From: a virus
Lineage: Duplodnaviria > Caudoviricetes
Length of the DNA stretch: 38,111 bases
IMG/VR virus record: IMGVR_UViG_3300037783_000036
Location: 1 to 38,111 of that record
Direction: 5' to 3' (one strand)
Shown in pieces: positions 9,691 to 18,740 of this stretch (position 1 is the first letter of the stretch; the number at the start of each line of letters is the position of its first letter). Both the position numbers and the translations under genes were made by a program. A model generated the notes under the pieces. That model was not told the origin of the DNA. It worked only from the letters and a program-made list of their open reading frames with translations, and ran no database searches.

Positions 9691-10872
9691 TTATAAAACG
9701 ATGCTATCAAATTCGGTCGTGGCCTCTATGTTCCCTGCAACCACATGCAATCCAGGTATCACGTTGACAGGCGTCTTAAAGTCAAAACGGTGTCGATCGG
9801 AGCTGTTTCGCTCAACACTAAATTTCTTGGAAAGCTGGGTTACAGCTTGGAACATGCCCTGGCTCTCAAACTCTCTTGCCAAACGGATCGCCTCGGCTTT
9901 GATCTCTTGTGCGGCGGCCGAGCTGGCTTTGCGCTGCTTAAAGTCCGACTGGGCAAAGCGAGTGTAAAGCGTTTTGCGCCAGTAATAGAGGACTTGAAAA
10001 TCCTGCACATCGTAATAGCTTTCCAGCTCCGGCGTTCCCGTCCCATCGGCCGAGAGCCTGGCTGTGACCGTTCTGACAAAGGCGACCTCGCCGTTGGGTT
10101 TGACCCAAAGAGGCGTCCAGCGTTTATCGAGCGCCGTCTCGGATTCGAGACCAGCGCCGACGGTAATGTGATCGCTATCGTTTTCGGGAGCTGTAATGCC
10201 CTTGATGGTCTCATCGTTAAGCGGGTTGAACGGCACCCCGTTGGCGGCCATCTTTGCAGCACAGGCGGCCGCAATCTCGCCCAGGCTGTAATCGGGCGAG
10301 CCCGTATCGGGTAGCCAGATCCCGCAAAGATACTCCGTATCAAAGGCTGTCAGGTTTGACGGATCAGCCACGTCCCGATTAGCACCCACGCCGATCGTGC
10401 CAAACTGGTTGTTTGATGTGCGTTGCGCGCCGCTCATCGTGGACGCCAGGCTTTTGAGTGTGTCTCTTTGATCGCTGTCGTTTTCGATATCGAAAGGCGT
10501 CACGAGAAATTCGGCTTTGACTTTTTTGATGGCAGTCTGGGCCGCGGTCGGGATATCTGTGGCATCGCTAGCGAGCACACACGCTTTAATCGACGGGTAT
10601 GTGGTCCCGCCGGTGTTGGCCCGCACAGCTGCAAGGACCATCTCAGCCAGCTCCGAGCTAGCTCCGAATTTTGTTTCAACCTCGCCCGATGCAGAGCTGA
10701 GATTGCCATCGTTTGAGATCGCAACAACCGTGTTTTCGCCGGTCGATCCCGACGCCGCTCGGCCAATGATCAAGACCTCTTGCGTATCCGACGGCGTGCC
10801 GGTATCCGCTGCAAAGGTCAGCTCGATAGGTCGAGCCGGCGTTTTTTGAGAGCCAATGCTTGTCAAAGCCAT
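9691..10872 (-). CDS. Contractile tail sheath protein (Mu gpL-like, compact)
   Basis: 393 aa; VLIIG, FG..SELA.M, E.AL....TPL.V...G.V...R.VT and D..R.D...P.NVIPGLH motifs. Confidence 0.9.
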   Translation of the reverse strand: MALTSIGSQKTPARPIELTFAADTGTPSDTQEVLIIGRAASGSTGENTVVAISNDGNLSSASGEVETKFGASSELAEMVLAAVRANTGGTTYPSIKACVLASDATDIPTAAQTAIKKVKAEFLVTPFDIENDSDQRDTLKSLASTMSGAQRTSNNQFGTIGVGANRDVADPSNLTAFDTEYLCGIWLPDTGSPDYSLGEIAAACAAKMAANGVPFNPLNDETIKGITAPENDSDHITVGAGLESETALDKRWTPLWVKPNGEVAFVRTVTARLSADGTGTPELESYYDVQDFQVLYYWRKTLYTRFAQSDFKQRKASSAAAQEIKAEAIRLAREFESQGMFQAVTQLSKKFSVERNSSDRHRFDFKTPVNVIPGLHVVAGNIEATTEFDSIVL

Positions 10873-10886
10873 GTTATATCCTTCCT

Positions 10887-11567
10887 TTAATCTTGATCCT
10901 GTTCGGATGTGAAAGTCACGTTGATATCGTCGTCGTCCTCAAGACCCTGGATCGTCGTTATAATCTCTCTCAGATCGCCGAGGGTCCGCTCAAACGGATC
11001 ATCGACTGTTCGGTTATCGTCGACCAGATAGTCGTCCCATTCCCTGAGATCCAGCTTAAAATTAAGGCGGATCTGGGTGAGCGGCACAAGATCATCGCCG
11101 AATTGAAACGCCAGGCTTTTATCCACGTCAAACTCACGCCCCAGCTGATTAAGCCCTGGGATGCGCTCATCCAGGGCATTAAAAAACGCGGTCCGCCTAA
11201 ACTGTTGTAAGAGCGCGTTGGATACGGTCGATGGGATCTGAGAAAGATCGGCGCGGCGGATCGAGGGCGGAAAGATCACATCGGCTAGCACATCGCCCTC
11301 GACAAACCAGCTTTCATAGGTCTTGACAAAGCGATCGTTATAGATCCGCAAAGCGGGCAGGTTTCTATAGCTATAGTCCATCCGCTTGGTGCCGTCGATA
11401 CTCTCGCCGAACAGCTCTTTGAAAACCTCAACCTGGGAGATCTGATAGGCTATCTCAGCTGTCAAAAATTCGGCTGGGCCTGTGGCATACAGGTTTGTTT
11501 CCCGGCGCTCACGCCGCGAGGCCTCATCCACATCCGAATATTTTAGTTTATCAATCCTCTCGACCAT
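10887..11567 (-). CDS. Putative tail terminator/completion protein
   Basis: 226 aa; LPALRIY pattern; position immediately before the sheath. Confidence 0.5.
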   Translation of the reverse strand: MVERIDKLKYSDVDEASRRERRETNLYATGPAEFLTAEIAYQISQVEVFKELFGESIDGTKRMDYSYRNLPALRIYNDRFVKTYESWFVEGDVLADVIFPPSIRRADLSQIPSTVSNALLQQFRRTAFFNALDERIPGLNQLGREFDVDKSLAFQFGDDLVPLTQIRLNFKLDLREWDDYLVDDNRTVDDPFERTLGDLREIITTIQGLEDDDDINVTFTSEQDQD

Positions 11568-12168
11568 TCATTATGCTCGCTATTTTGTTGGCTACCGCCT
11601 CGCGCAGCTCCAGATCATCTTGATCGTTCCAATCATCAAACGGCCTGGCCGGGATCTTGACCGAGGCCCTAAAGATCACGTTTTGATCGCGCTCGACCCC
11701 TGGCGCTGGCGAATACTTGATCTTTTTGGATTGCTTTCTGAGCCCCTTAGCCGTGTCTGTGGCGCTCTTTCCTGCGGGCAGCGGTATCTTGAGGGCTTTG
11801 GCTCGCACTGGTTTTAGAACGCCGCCAGGCATTTTCTCGGTGCCATCATTCATGAGCCGGGCATAGATCAGTTTGGTTCCGACCGTTATCGTATCCGAGC
11901 TAAAGCGAACGATCCCGTTGGGGCCGGACGTTCCCCTGGGATTGAAAGGGGCGATGGACTTTCTCAGCACACCCCGATCGCTTAGGATCTGGCCGTTGCG
12001 TAGTTTAAGCGGTTTCCAGCCGGGGCGGCCATTATGCGATCCCTCGCTGTCGAATAGCTCGCCCCGGTTTGTCTGGACCATAGCCGCGATAAAGCGGTTC
12101 AGATCGTCACGGCGACGTTTGATCTGACCCGCATAATCAGGAAAACTCATTTTAATCTTGACCGTCAC
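11551..12168 (-). CDS. Virion morphogenesis/neck protein (Mu gpG / P2 gpS-like)
   Basis: 205 aa; W.PL, IL.DRG.LRKSI, VGT...YA and IPARPF motifs. Confidence 0.85.
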   Translation of the reverse strand: MTVKIKMSFPDYAGQIKRRRDDLNRFIAAMVQTNRGELFDSEGSHNGRPGWKPLKLRNGQILSDRGVLRKSIAPFNPRGTSGPNGIVRFSSDTITVGTKLIYARLMNDGTEKMPGGVLKPVRAKALKIPLPAGKSATDTAKGLRKQSKKIKYSPAPGVERDQNVIFRASVKIPARPFDDWNDQDDLELREAVANKIASIMNGRED

Positions 12169-12737
12169 AGCTCATCCAGCTCCGCGTTCCAAAAGGTTTC
12201 CGAGGGATCATTGACCTGGCCGGCGGGATATCCACCGTCGCCTTGCGATGTGGTTAAGACCTGGCCCATAAAGCCATCGTCGGCCTCGGCATTATGCCAG
12301 GCCAGCTCCAGCCCAGGCAGCGGCGGATATAGATATCCCTGGCCGTCGCTAGCCCCGTCTTTACGCTTTGCTAAAAGCCTATCGTGTGAGCGATCATAGC
12401 GCTTTTTGAGAGACTTGTAATAGTTTTCGGCGTTAGTCGTCGAGCCAGAGCCAAAATCATAGTCGAGGATCAGCATGACCGAGGCCATCTCGCACATGTT
12501 TTTTAAGACCTGCTTTGTTGGCCGATCGGGCAGATCATCAAAGTCGCCACCGCCCACAGGCCGGAAAGGGACCTCATAGCGAGGCGAGAGGTCAAACTCA
12601 ACATCGCCCTCGGCCTGGTCGATCAAACGTTTGGCCAGGCCGAGGTTCATTTCGTTTTCGTTATCCTCATCGTCGGTAAAGCGGACTTTGCCGATAAGAC
12701 GCTGGCGAACAGCGTCAAAGCTTACATAGCGACCCAT
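12165..12737 (-). CDS. Head-tail adaptor, Mu gp36 (DUF1320)-like
   Basis: 190 aa; Y.S...V..R, I.QAE..V...L..RYEVP motif; follows the capsid genes. Confidence 0.7.
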   Translation of the reverse strand: MGRYVSFDAVRQRLIGKVRFTDDEDNENEMNLGLAKRLIDQAEGDVEFDLSPRYEVPFRPVGGGDFDDLPDRPTKQVLKNMCEMASVMLILDYDFGSGSTTNAENYYKSLKKRYDRSHDRLLAKRKDGASDGQGYLYPPLPGLELAWHNAEADDGFMGQVLTTSQGDGGYPAGQVNDPSETFWNAELDEL

Positions 12738-12741
12738 GGCC

Positions 12742-13035
12742 TCAATCCTTATTCACACGCTCAGCCCTAAAAAACCGATGCCGGATGCTTTCGGCCTCGG
12801 GCCGCTCGCCGGAAAACGCAAAAGGCCCCTGCATCGGCCGATCGCAAAACTCTCTTGCCTCAGCCTCGGTCGCCTCAACCTCATGACCGGGTTTGACGAC
12901 CTTGCCACCGATGAGACAGGGATAGTTTGTCTTGATCAAGACTTTGCCCGCCTGTGGTTTGACCATGCGCTTTTTGTTTTTGACAGGGGCCTCGGTTTGA
13001 TCTTGGACAGCTGTGCCCTGCTCTTGGTTTTCCAT
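12742..13035 (-). CDS. Hypothetical protein following the major capsid gene
   Basis: 97 aa, strong AAGGAG RBS, fills the gap between MCP terminator and adaptor. Confidence 0.65.
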   Translation of the reverse strand: MENQEQGTAVQDQTEAPVKNKKRMVKPQAGKVLIKTNYPCLIGGKVVKPGHEVEATEAEAREFCDRPMQGPFAFSGERPEAESIRHRFFRAERVNKD

Positions 13036-13063
13036 CTTGATACTCCTTAAATAATCGGTTTCG

Positions 13064-13093
13064 AAAAAAAGACGGGATCAAATGATCCCGTCT
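13064..13093 (-). terminator. Rho-independent terminator after the major capsid gene
   Basis: Perfect inverted repeat GACGGGATCA (13071-13080)/TGATCCCGTC (13083-13092) followed on the minus strand by T7. Confidence 0.85.
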
Positions 13094-13100
13094 CATGGTC

Positions 13101-14189
13101 TTACGATCCTGTGGTCGTCACATCCGCTGTGAGCACATCGAAAGCGCGGTCCAGCTTAACGCCACCATACACACCGCCGACGATATCAACGTACGGGTTT
13201 TTCGGCCCGCCCTGGGTGCCGACCTGGGTGTTATCGTCGATCAAAAGAAACTTGCCATAGCCCGGATTTTCGATTGTGCCGGTCGCCAGGTGCAAGCCCT
13301 GGACAAATTCGCCGATCTGCTGATTGCCGGGCAGCTGGGTTTGAAAAAAGATCTTGCCGTCGTCAATGAAATACTGAGCATCTGAGACGGTGATCTTGCC
13401 GTTGCTATCGACGCTCTCGGTTTGATACCAGCCGTCATAAACGTCGATCTCAGGCAAGCCTGGGATCAAAAACTGCATGATCCGGTTGATATCGTAGCTA
13501 CCGATGGCCGGGTTCGCGCCGTAGCTCGAAAGATACGTCTGAGTGTTGTTGTTATCTAAGATCCAGCGAGCCGTATTCGGGTTCATTACGATCTTGGTGA
13601 CTTTGTACTTGCGAAACGCATCCAAGCCACCCATGAGCCAGTAGCGCATATCGCGGACCGGATCGGCGCTGTCGTTTTCGTTATCACCGCTATTCCAGAT
13701 CGTGGAGATCGGGTAAGCGGTATGATCGGCTGGGATACCAAACGAGATGGTTTTTCCAAGCCAGGAAAAACCACCGTCAAAGATACAGTCCCAACGCTGT
13801 TTTTCGATCCGCGCCTCAATCCGGCGGTTGAGCCGGTCGATATCGCGGTCGATGTAGCTTTGTACACCGCGTACATTCCGGCCATTGGCTCCCAGCTCAC
13901 GCAGATACAAGATGCGCTCCTCATCGTAGTGGATCGCCTCTTTGTACTGCGGCGCAGTGTATTCCTGCACACGTGTGCCAAAGGTTTGAATGTATTTCGG
14001 GTTCGTTCCGACGCGGTGCTCCTCGGTCAAACCGCCGGTCGCCTCAATCACTTCTGTCCGTATCCGTTGCACGGGCAAAGCCACAGACGGCAGATACTGA
14101 GCCCCGCGGTATGTGGTCGGATCGTTTACGATCTCTTGGATCACTTTCTGGATCGTTTCGGTGTATTCATTGGTAAGAAACTCTTGCAT
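13101..14189 (-). CDS. Major capsid protein (HK97 fold, lambda gpE-like family)
   Basis: 362 aa; P.YKE, L.RRIEARIE...W, I.FGIP, W.......ADP..D motifs; flanked by a decoration gene and a terminator; AGAGGG RBS. Confidence 0.9.
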   Translation of the reverse strand: MQEFLTNEYTETIQKVIQEIVNDPTTYRGAQYLPSVALPVQRIRTEVIEATGGLTEEHRVGTNPKYIQTFGTRVQEYTAPQYKEAIHYDEERILYLRELGANGRNVRGVQSYIDRDIDRLNRRIEARIEKQRWDCIFDGGFSWLGKTISFGIPADHTAYPISTIWNSGDNENDSADPVRDMRYWLMGGLDAFRKYKVTKIVMNPNTARWILDNNNTQTYLSSYGANPAIGSYDINRIMQFLIPGLPEIDVYDGWYQTESVDSNGKITVSDAQYFIDDGKIFFQTQLPGNQQIGEFVQGLHLATGTIENPGYGKFLLIDDNTQVGTQGGPKNPYVDIVGGVYGGVKLDRAFDVLTADVTTTGS

Positions 14190-14249
14190 CTTTATTCCCT
14201 CTAAAAAAATTTATGTTTATCGCGTATGAAAAAAGACGGTGTTGTTTCC

Positions 14250-14660
14250 CTAGAAATACACCAGTGTCGTTCCGCTTGCGTCGGTGATCTCGCGGCCGTT
14301 GAGATCGGTTTTCGCATCGCTGTCCCAGTCGATCAGATTATCTTTGTAAACAGCACAGCCACCAAAGATACCGACCGCTGTGGTCGATCCGGTCGAGCCG
14401 GTTCCATCAAAGTCGCCTGTTGCAGCGCTTTTTAAAAGAATACAAGCGGCCGTGTCGATACCCGACGACCCACCGCTTTCGTATTTTTGAAACCAGCCAT
14501 CGGACGTATTTCGGCCCAGCGTTTGGCCGGCAACATAGCCATCGCTATCATAGCGTAAGCGGACCGGCAGGAGCACAGCGCTGGCTCGGTTTGTCGCAAG
14601 CACAAGCGGATTGTCTTTGCGGAAGATCTCAGAGTTAAAACTTAGGTCGATACCACTCAT
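14250..14660 (-). CDS. Head decoration protein (lambda gpD-like)
   Basis: 136 aa; Y.AG.TLGR...G....Y...G.SG..TA..IL motif; between scaffold and MCP; AGAGGT RBS. Confidence 0.8.
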   Translation of the reverse strand: MSGIDLSFNSEIFRKDNPLVLATNRASAVLLPVRLRYDSDGYVAGQTLGRNTSDGWFQKYESGGSSGIDTAACILLKSAATGDFDGTGSTGSTTAVGIFGGCAVYKDNLIDWDSDAKTDLNGREITDASGTTLVYF

Positions 14661-14717
14661 AATTTACCTCTTTAAAAAACGTTATATAAACATTCCCCAT
14701 GTTTTCAAAAAAGCCGG

Positions 14718-15734
14718 CTAGCTATCTATGAGATCATCCGCCAGGCCGCATACCTCATTAAACTGTTTTTCGAGACTTTCAACCGACGTGGATAGGCGTT
14801 TGATCTCATCCTCGTTCGAGCGCGTATCAAATTCGCCACCGGCAAGCCGGACGTTTTTGAGAAAGGTCGAAAGCCTGGCCTTAAGACCGTCAAGATCACC
14901 GTCGTCGATCTTTTTGCAAAGAGCGGCGTATTCGGTTTCGACCTCTTTCGTATCGACCTGGGCGGTTTCCGCCGCTGCCGATCCGTTTGTCATTGGCTCA
15001 TCGCCCGGCTCTGGAACATCTTTGACCGTGTGGGCCAGTGTGCTCATGTTCCGGCGCGTCTCGTATTCGAGCCGGCTCATGCGTTTCTTTTTATGGACCT
15101 CGGACAGCGAATCTGCATTAGTCGTTCCGACCATACCGACCAGGACTGTCGGTTCCCTCGCCTCGTAGGTCTTAAGGACCTCATCGACGACCTCATCGGA
15201 TTTTTTTGCCATATCGTCGATGGACAGCTTTTTAATCTCGGCCGGTGTGATTTTGGCCTCAGCTTTTAAAGCTGACAGACGCGAGAGGATCTTTGTTTTA
15301 CGCGATGCAAGCCGGGCCTCGCCCAGAGTATCGGCAAAGCTTTTTTTGATCGAGGATAGGCGGTTTTTGGCCATCCGTTTGACGTTTGATCCGCCTGATC
15401 CCTGCCCCATCTTTTTGTTTTTGTTTTTGAGATCAATGTTGACGGTATCGCTATCGTCGTCGTCCTCTTTTTTCTCTTTTTTATCGTCTTTACTGTCACC
15501 ATTGCCCTCTGTTTTCTCATCTGAGCCGTCGGCCATATCCTTTTTGTCGTCGTCTTCCTTTCCGCTCATATCCTTTTTGTCGTCGTCGTCGCCACCGTCC
15601 TGCATCTTTGCCTTAGCCTTTTTAGCCAGATCTTTCATGGCCTCATCGTCCATGGCTTTCAGCTTTTTTTCGGCCGCCTCATCGCTCATGTTTTCATATT
15701 CCATGAGATACTTTTTGAGCTGTTCACGGTTCAT
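14718..15734 (-). CDS. Nested in-frame scaffold protein (338 aa, MNREQLKK...)
   Basis: Internal ATG at 15734 preceded by AAGGAAAGG and an A-rich spacer, exactly at the protease/scaffold boundary. Confidence 0.65.
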   Translation of the reverse strand: MNREQLKKYLMEYENMSDEAAEKKLKAMDDEAMKDLAKKAKAKMQDGGDDDDKKDMSGKEDDDKKDMADGSDEKTEGNGDSKDDKKEKKEDDDDSDTVNIDLKNKNKKMGQGSGGSNVKRMAKNRLSSIKKSFADTLGEARLASRKTKILSRLSALKAEAKITPAEIKKLSIDDMAKKSDEVVDEVLKTYEAREPTVLVGMVGTTNADSLSEVHKKKRMSRLEYETRRNMSTLAHTVKDVPEPGDEPMTNGSAAAETAQVDTKEVETEYAALCKKIDDGDLDGLKARLSTFLKNVRLAGGEFDTRSNEDEIKRLSTSVESLEKQFNEVCGLADDLIDS

Positions 15735-16307
15735 TTTTTGACCTTTCCTTTGATTATTTGTCGATAGGTTATCGCTTTTAGGGCCACGGCGAGAAAGCAA
15801 AGAGGCGTATTCGGCCGCCGGAAAGGGCGTGACGCTCAGCTCGGCAAGCCTGCCGCTTTCGAGATCAGCACCGATAGAAAGATGGCACCAACGGCCATCT
15901 TGAACGCACGCTATGTTTTCAGCACCGAGAAACCGCGGATAGCCATAGACGGCTTTGACGACCTCGCCGGTTTCCAGCGTGTAATCGTCGATAAAAAGCC
16001 GACCCATGACACGGCCCACGGTGTCTTTACTTGACACTGAATGATCCAGCTGGATTGGGGGATAGGCGTAAGATGGGATATCATCGTGCTGTTGGGAAAG
16101 TCTTTCCAGGCGAGTATTATGGCTTTCGACAAGCCTTTCGAGCGTGGTTTCGGATATCTCAACAGGGCCATCCAGTGATTCAAATTCGCCAGTGTAAACT
16201 AAAACCGATAATCTATCCAGATATGGAGCGGCACTACCATCGACCGTTTTTGCCGGCGCATCGCTGGGGCCGGGATCTAATAAAGGATTGCGTAATTGGA
16301 CTTTCAT
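14718..16307 (-). CDS. Prohead protease/scaffold fusion (Mu gpI/Z-like)
   Basis: N-terminal protease domain (PIQLDH, GRW.HLS, LS.TP.PA) followed by a D/K-rich linker and coiled-coil; KITPAE motif. Confidence 0.85.
   Translation of the reverse strand: MKVQLRNPLLDPGPSDAPAKTVDGSAAPYLDRLSVLVYTGEFESLDGPVEISETTLERLVESHNTRLERLSQQHDDIPSYAYPPIQLDHSVSSKDTVGRVMGRLFIDDYTLETGEVVKAVYGYPRFLGAENIACVQDGRWCHLSIGADLESGRLAELSVTPFPAAEYASLLSRRGPKSDNLSTNNQRKGQKMNREQLKKYLMEYENMSDEAAEKKLKAMDDEAMKDLAKKAKAKMQDGGDDDDKKDMSGKEDDDKKDMADGSDEKTEGNGDSKDDKKEKKEDDDDSDTVNIDLKNKNKKMGQGSGGSNVKRMAKNRLSSIKKSFADTLGEARLASRKTKILSRLSALKAEAKITPAEIKKLSIDDMAKKSDEVVDEVLKTYEAREPTVLVGMVGTTNADSLSEVHKKKRMSRLEYETRRNMSTLAHTVKDVPEPGDEPMTNGSAAAETAQVDTKEVETEYAALCKKIDDGDLDGLKARLSTFLKNVRLAGGEFDTRSNEDEIKRLSTSVESLEKQFNEVCGLADDLIDS
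15534..15587. repeat. 21-bp direct repeat encoding DDDKKDM twice in the scaffold linker
   Basis: CATATCCTTTTTGTCGTCGTC at 15534-15554 and 15567-15587. Confidence 0.8.
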
Positions 16308-16322
16308 GTTTAATCGTTCCTT

Positions 16323-17207
16323 TTATCTGTTCCGCGGTATCCATTCAGCCGGCAAAGGCTCAGGTGTTCGGTTGCGACGCTGGCGCGATGTATGATCTAT
16401 AATCCGAGCGTGTCGAGGATTAAGACGAGACAGCGGCAAAATCTCGCTGCGGCAATTCCAATGAATCGGTGGAGTCTCTTGCTTAAGCAGCGGATCATCC
16501 TTTTTATACACGAGCCCCTGCCGTGAATTGCACCATTGGGTCGTTCTAAAATCTCTGATGGCCATAAACAAATAATGGGTGATATCGTCACTTTTATCAT
16601 ATATTTCGCGCCGGCTTTTGTTATAGTAATAGGTTGTTTCCGTCTCAGTGATCATCTTAGCACGAGAAAAAACCACATCGGCCTGTCTCATCACTTGACC
16701 TATCACTTCACGGCGCGTGCCTATCGAGCCCTCACGAAAATCCTCACCATAGCGTATCCAAAGCTTTTGCAACCTGGCAAAGAAAGCGCGTTTGATCCTG
16801 TTGGCAATGGACTGTTGCCTGGGCGGCAGGACGCCTTTTGATCTCCACTCATCGTAAACACGGCGCAGCTCGGCAAGGTTTGCCGGTATCTTTGCCGACG
16901 GTGGACGGGCCAGGCGTTTTTCAGTGATCGGGCTTAGCCGTTGGGCGGACTTGATACCCTCGCCCATCACCGCCAGGCTGTGCTGTAAAACAAACTCATC
17001 AAAGCTGACCCAAGACCAGTCCATGTTGCCTGTGATCTCGGCGTCGGCTGTGACGCGCTCCACGATCCGATCGAATTTTTTACGCAGGTTTCTGACCCAG
17101 CGCTGTTCGATCGTCTCTTGTCTTTGCGTAAGCGAAACGATCGTTTTGGCCTCGGTATCACCGAACAGCTCGAAAATATTTTTTATCGCAACCCGATCTA
17201 AAGCCAT
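16323..17207 (-). CDS. Minor head protein, Mu gpF / SPP1 gp7-like
   Basis: 294 aa; RA.MI.ETET...YN, Y.F.AI.D.RTT..C and PP.HWNCRS motifs. Confidence 0.9.
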   Translation of the reverse strand: MALDRVAIKNIFELFGDTEAKTIVSLTQRQETIEQRWVRNLRKKFDRIVERVTADAEITGNMDWSWVSFDEFVLQHSLAVMGEGIKSAQRLSPITEKRLARPPSAKIPANLAELRRVYDEWRSKGVLPPRQQSIANRIKRAFFARLQKLWIRYGEDFREGSIGTRREVIGQVMRQADVVFSRAKMITETETTYYYNKSRREIYDKSDDITHYLFMAIRDFRTTQWCNSRQGLVYKKDDPLLKQETPPIHWNCRSEILPLSRLNPRHARIIDHTSRQRRNRTPEPLPAEWIPRNR

Positions 17208-17250
17208 CTATCGTATTACCACGTGTATTACAGCGAATGTGGAGATCATT

Positions 17251-17778
17251 ATGCCAAAGCTAAACCTCGGTTGTGGATCGTGCCCGATCCCTGGCTGGTA
17301 CAACTACGATATAGAGCCAGGTGAGGGCCGGCTTGTGTTCGATCTGACAAACGATCTACCTCATCAAAGCGCGACTGTGGACTGTGTTTATAGTGAGCAC
17401 TTTATCGAACACCTGACACGCCGGCAAGGCCAAAAGCTTTTGGCCGAGAGCTATCGTGTGCTCAAACCCTCTGGTGTAATACGCATCTCAACCCCGGATC
17501 TCGGTGCGCTGATCCGCGATTATACCGACCATAGACTGGATAGATGGGCTGATATGGGCTGGCAACCGAAAAGCGTCTGCCAGCTGGTCAATGAGGGCAT
17601 GAGAAGGTGGGGCCATCTGTTTCTTTACGATCAGGCGGAGCTGAATGAGGCGCTGCAGATGGCCGGCTTTTGTCTGATTAGGCGGTGTGTGCCCGATAGA
17701 TCCGGCCACGATATCTTATCAGGTCTTGAGACAAGACCCGATCATAGCGATCTGATACTTGAAGGAACAAAGCCATGA
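17251..17778 (+). CDS. Class I SAM-dependent methyltransferase (175 aa)
   Basis: True start inferred at ATG 17251 (GTGGAG RBS) rather than 16924. KLNLGCG motif I, VY.EHFIEHL and RVLKPSG.IRISTPD, as in methyltransferases of glycan loci. Confidence 0.85.
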   Translation: MPKLNLGCGSCPIPGWYNYDIEPGEGRLVFDLTNDLPHQSATVDCVYSEHFIEHLTRRQGQKLLAESYRVLKPSGVIRISTPDLGALIRDYTDHRLDRWADMGWQPKSVCQLVNEGMRRWGHLFLYDQAELNEALQMAGFCLIRRCVPDRSGHDILSGLETRPDHSDLILEGTKP

Positions 17779-18653
17779 AAAAAACACATCTGATAATCGG
17801 CAGGGGCAATTTAGGCTGGGACCTACAAGATACGATAACCCAATACACCGACGACCGTATCCTGCTTTTATCGCGCTCGCTCGGCACCGATGCGGCCAAC
17901 GGTGCCCAGCTCCTTGAGGATCTGCGCGGCGAACATTTCGACACGGTTTGGTATTGTGTTGGCTATGGGTCGGTGCAAGAAGCCAAAGATCAGCCGCTCA
18001 GATCGCGGGTGATCCACGTCTCGACCCCGCTGCTTTTAGCCAGGGCTTTGCCCGAGCATATCCGGCTGGTGTTTTTTAGCTCTGACTATGCGGCCGATGA
18101 GGTCAACCCCAGCCGGGTCGATCTGCAAGCTGCGCCCCCGCGCTCAAAATACGCTCAGATCAAGATAGATCTGGAAACAGAGATCGCCAGGCTCGACCGG
18201 CCGAACACCGCTGTAATCCGCGTCGGCTCACTGTATGGAGCGCACAAGCCAGCCGGCACCTTTCCAGGAAAGATCTTAAAAAACTGTCTTGGATCGCGCC
18301 ACGTCCTGCGACTGCCCTCAAACTACGTGACACCCACGCCCACGCCCTGGCTTGCGCGGGTGCTCATAGCCAATGAAAGGCGGCTGTTTAGTCCCGACGG
18401 TGCCCGCCGGCATCACTGTGCGCCCGAGGGTAATGTGAGCATAATCGACTGGGCGAAAATAATCTTGAGCGGGCTCGTTTCGCCCAAGCGTTTTCACAGG
18501 CAGCGGTTTTTTGACCAGGAACGACCCGCGTTTTCACATCTTAAAACCAGCTTTATTGACCTGGACTGGCACTGGTATCGGTTGTGGCAGGCGTACTACA
18601 AAAGCGCAGACTATATGCCTGTCGATATAACTGAGCCAGCTATGCACGACTGA
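17775..18653 (+). CDS. rmlD: RmlD-like NAD(P)-dependent sugar-nucleotide reductase (extended SDR), divergent
   Basis: IIGRGNLG Rossmann motif, FFSSDY, YAQIK (YxxxK), R.GSLYG and TPT; ATGA-coupled to the methyltransferase. Confidence 0.7.
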   Translation: MKKTHLIIGRGNLGWDLQDTITQYTDDRILLLSRSLGTDAANGAQLLEDLRGEHFDTVWYCVGYGSVQEAKDQPLRSRVIHVSTPLLLARALPEHIRLVFFSSDYAADEVNPSRVDLQAAPPRSKYAQIKIDLETEIARLDRPNTAVIRVGSLYGAHKPAGTFPGKILKNCLGSRHVLRLPSNYVTPTPTPWLARVLIANERRLFSPDGARRHHCAPEGNVSIIDWAKIILSGLVSPKRFHRQRFFDQERPAFSHLKTSFIDLDWHWYRLWQAYYKSADYMPVDITEPAMHD

Positions 18654-18670
18654 CCGAGAATAGCATATAT

Positions 18671-18700
18671 GAGCGCTAGAAAGGCTGGCTTTTAGCGCTC
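18671..18700. terminator. Hairpin between the convergent rmlD-like and amidase genes
   Basis: GAGCGCTAGAA...TTTTAGCGCTC inverted repeat; no clear T-run on either side. Confidence 0.4.
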
Positions 18701-18740
18701 TCGCCGGGCGGTTTTTGGGGCTAGTGTACTACGGGCCGTA

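Noticed and set aside
1-16307. Interpretation as a tailocin, eCIS or GTA
   Set aside because: Full head, terminase, replication and recombination genes are present, so it is a phage.
76-16402. Many plus-strand ORFs of 60-190 aa over the structural genes
   Set aside because: Antisense shadows of well-supported minus-strand genes, with no motifs and Ser/Pro/Arg-rich or implausible composition.
16924-17250. N-terminal extension of the methyltransferase in the ORF track
   Set aside because: Overlaps gpF antisense; motif I and a good RBS place the start at 17251.
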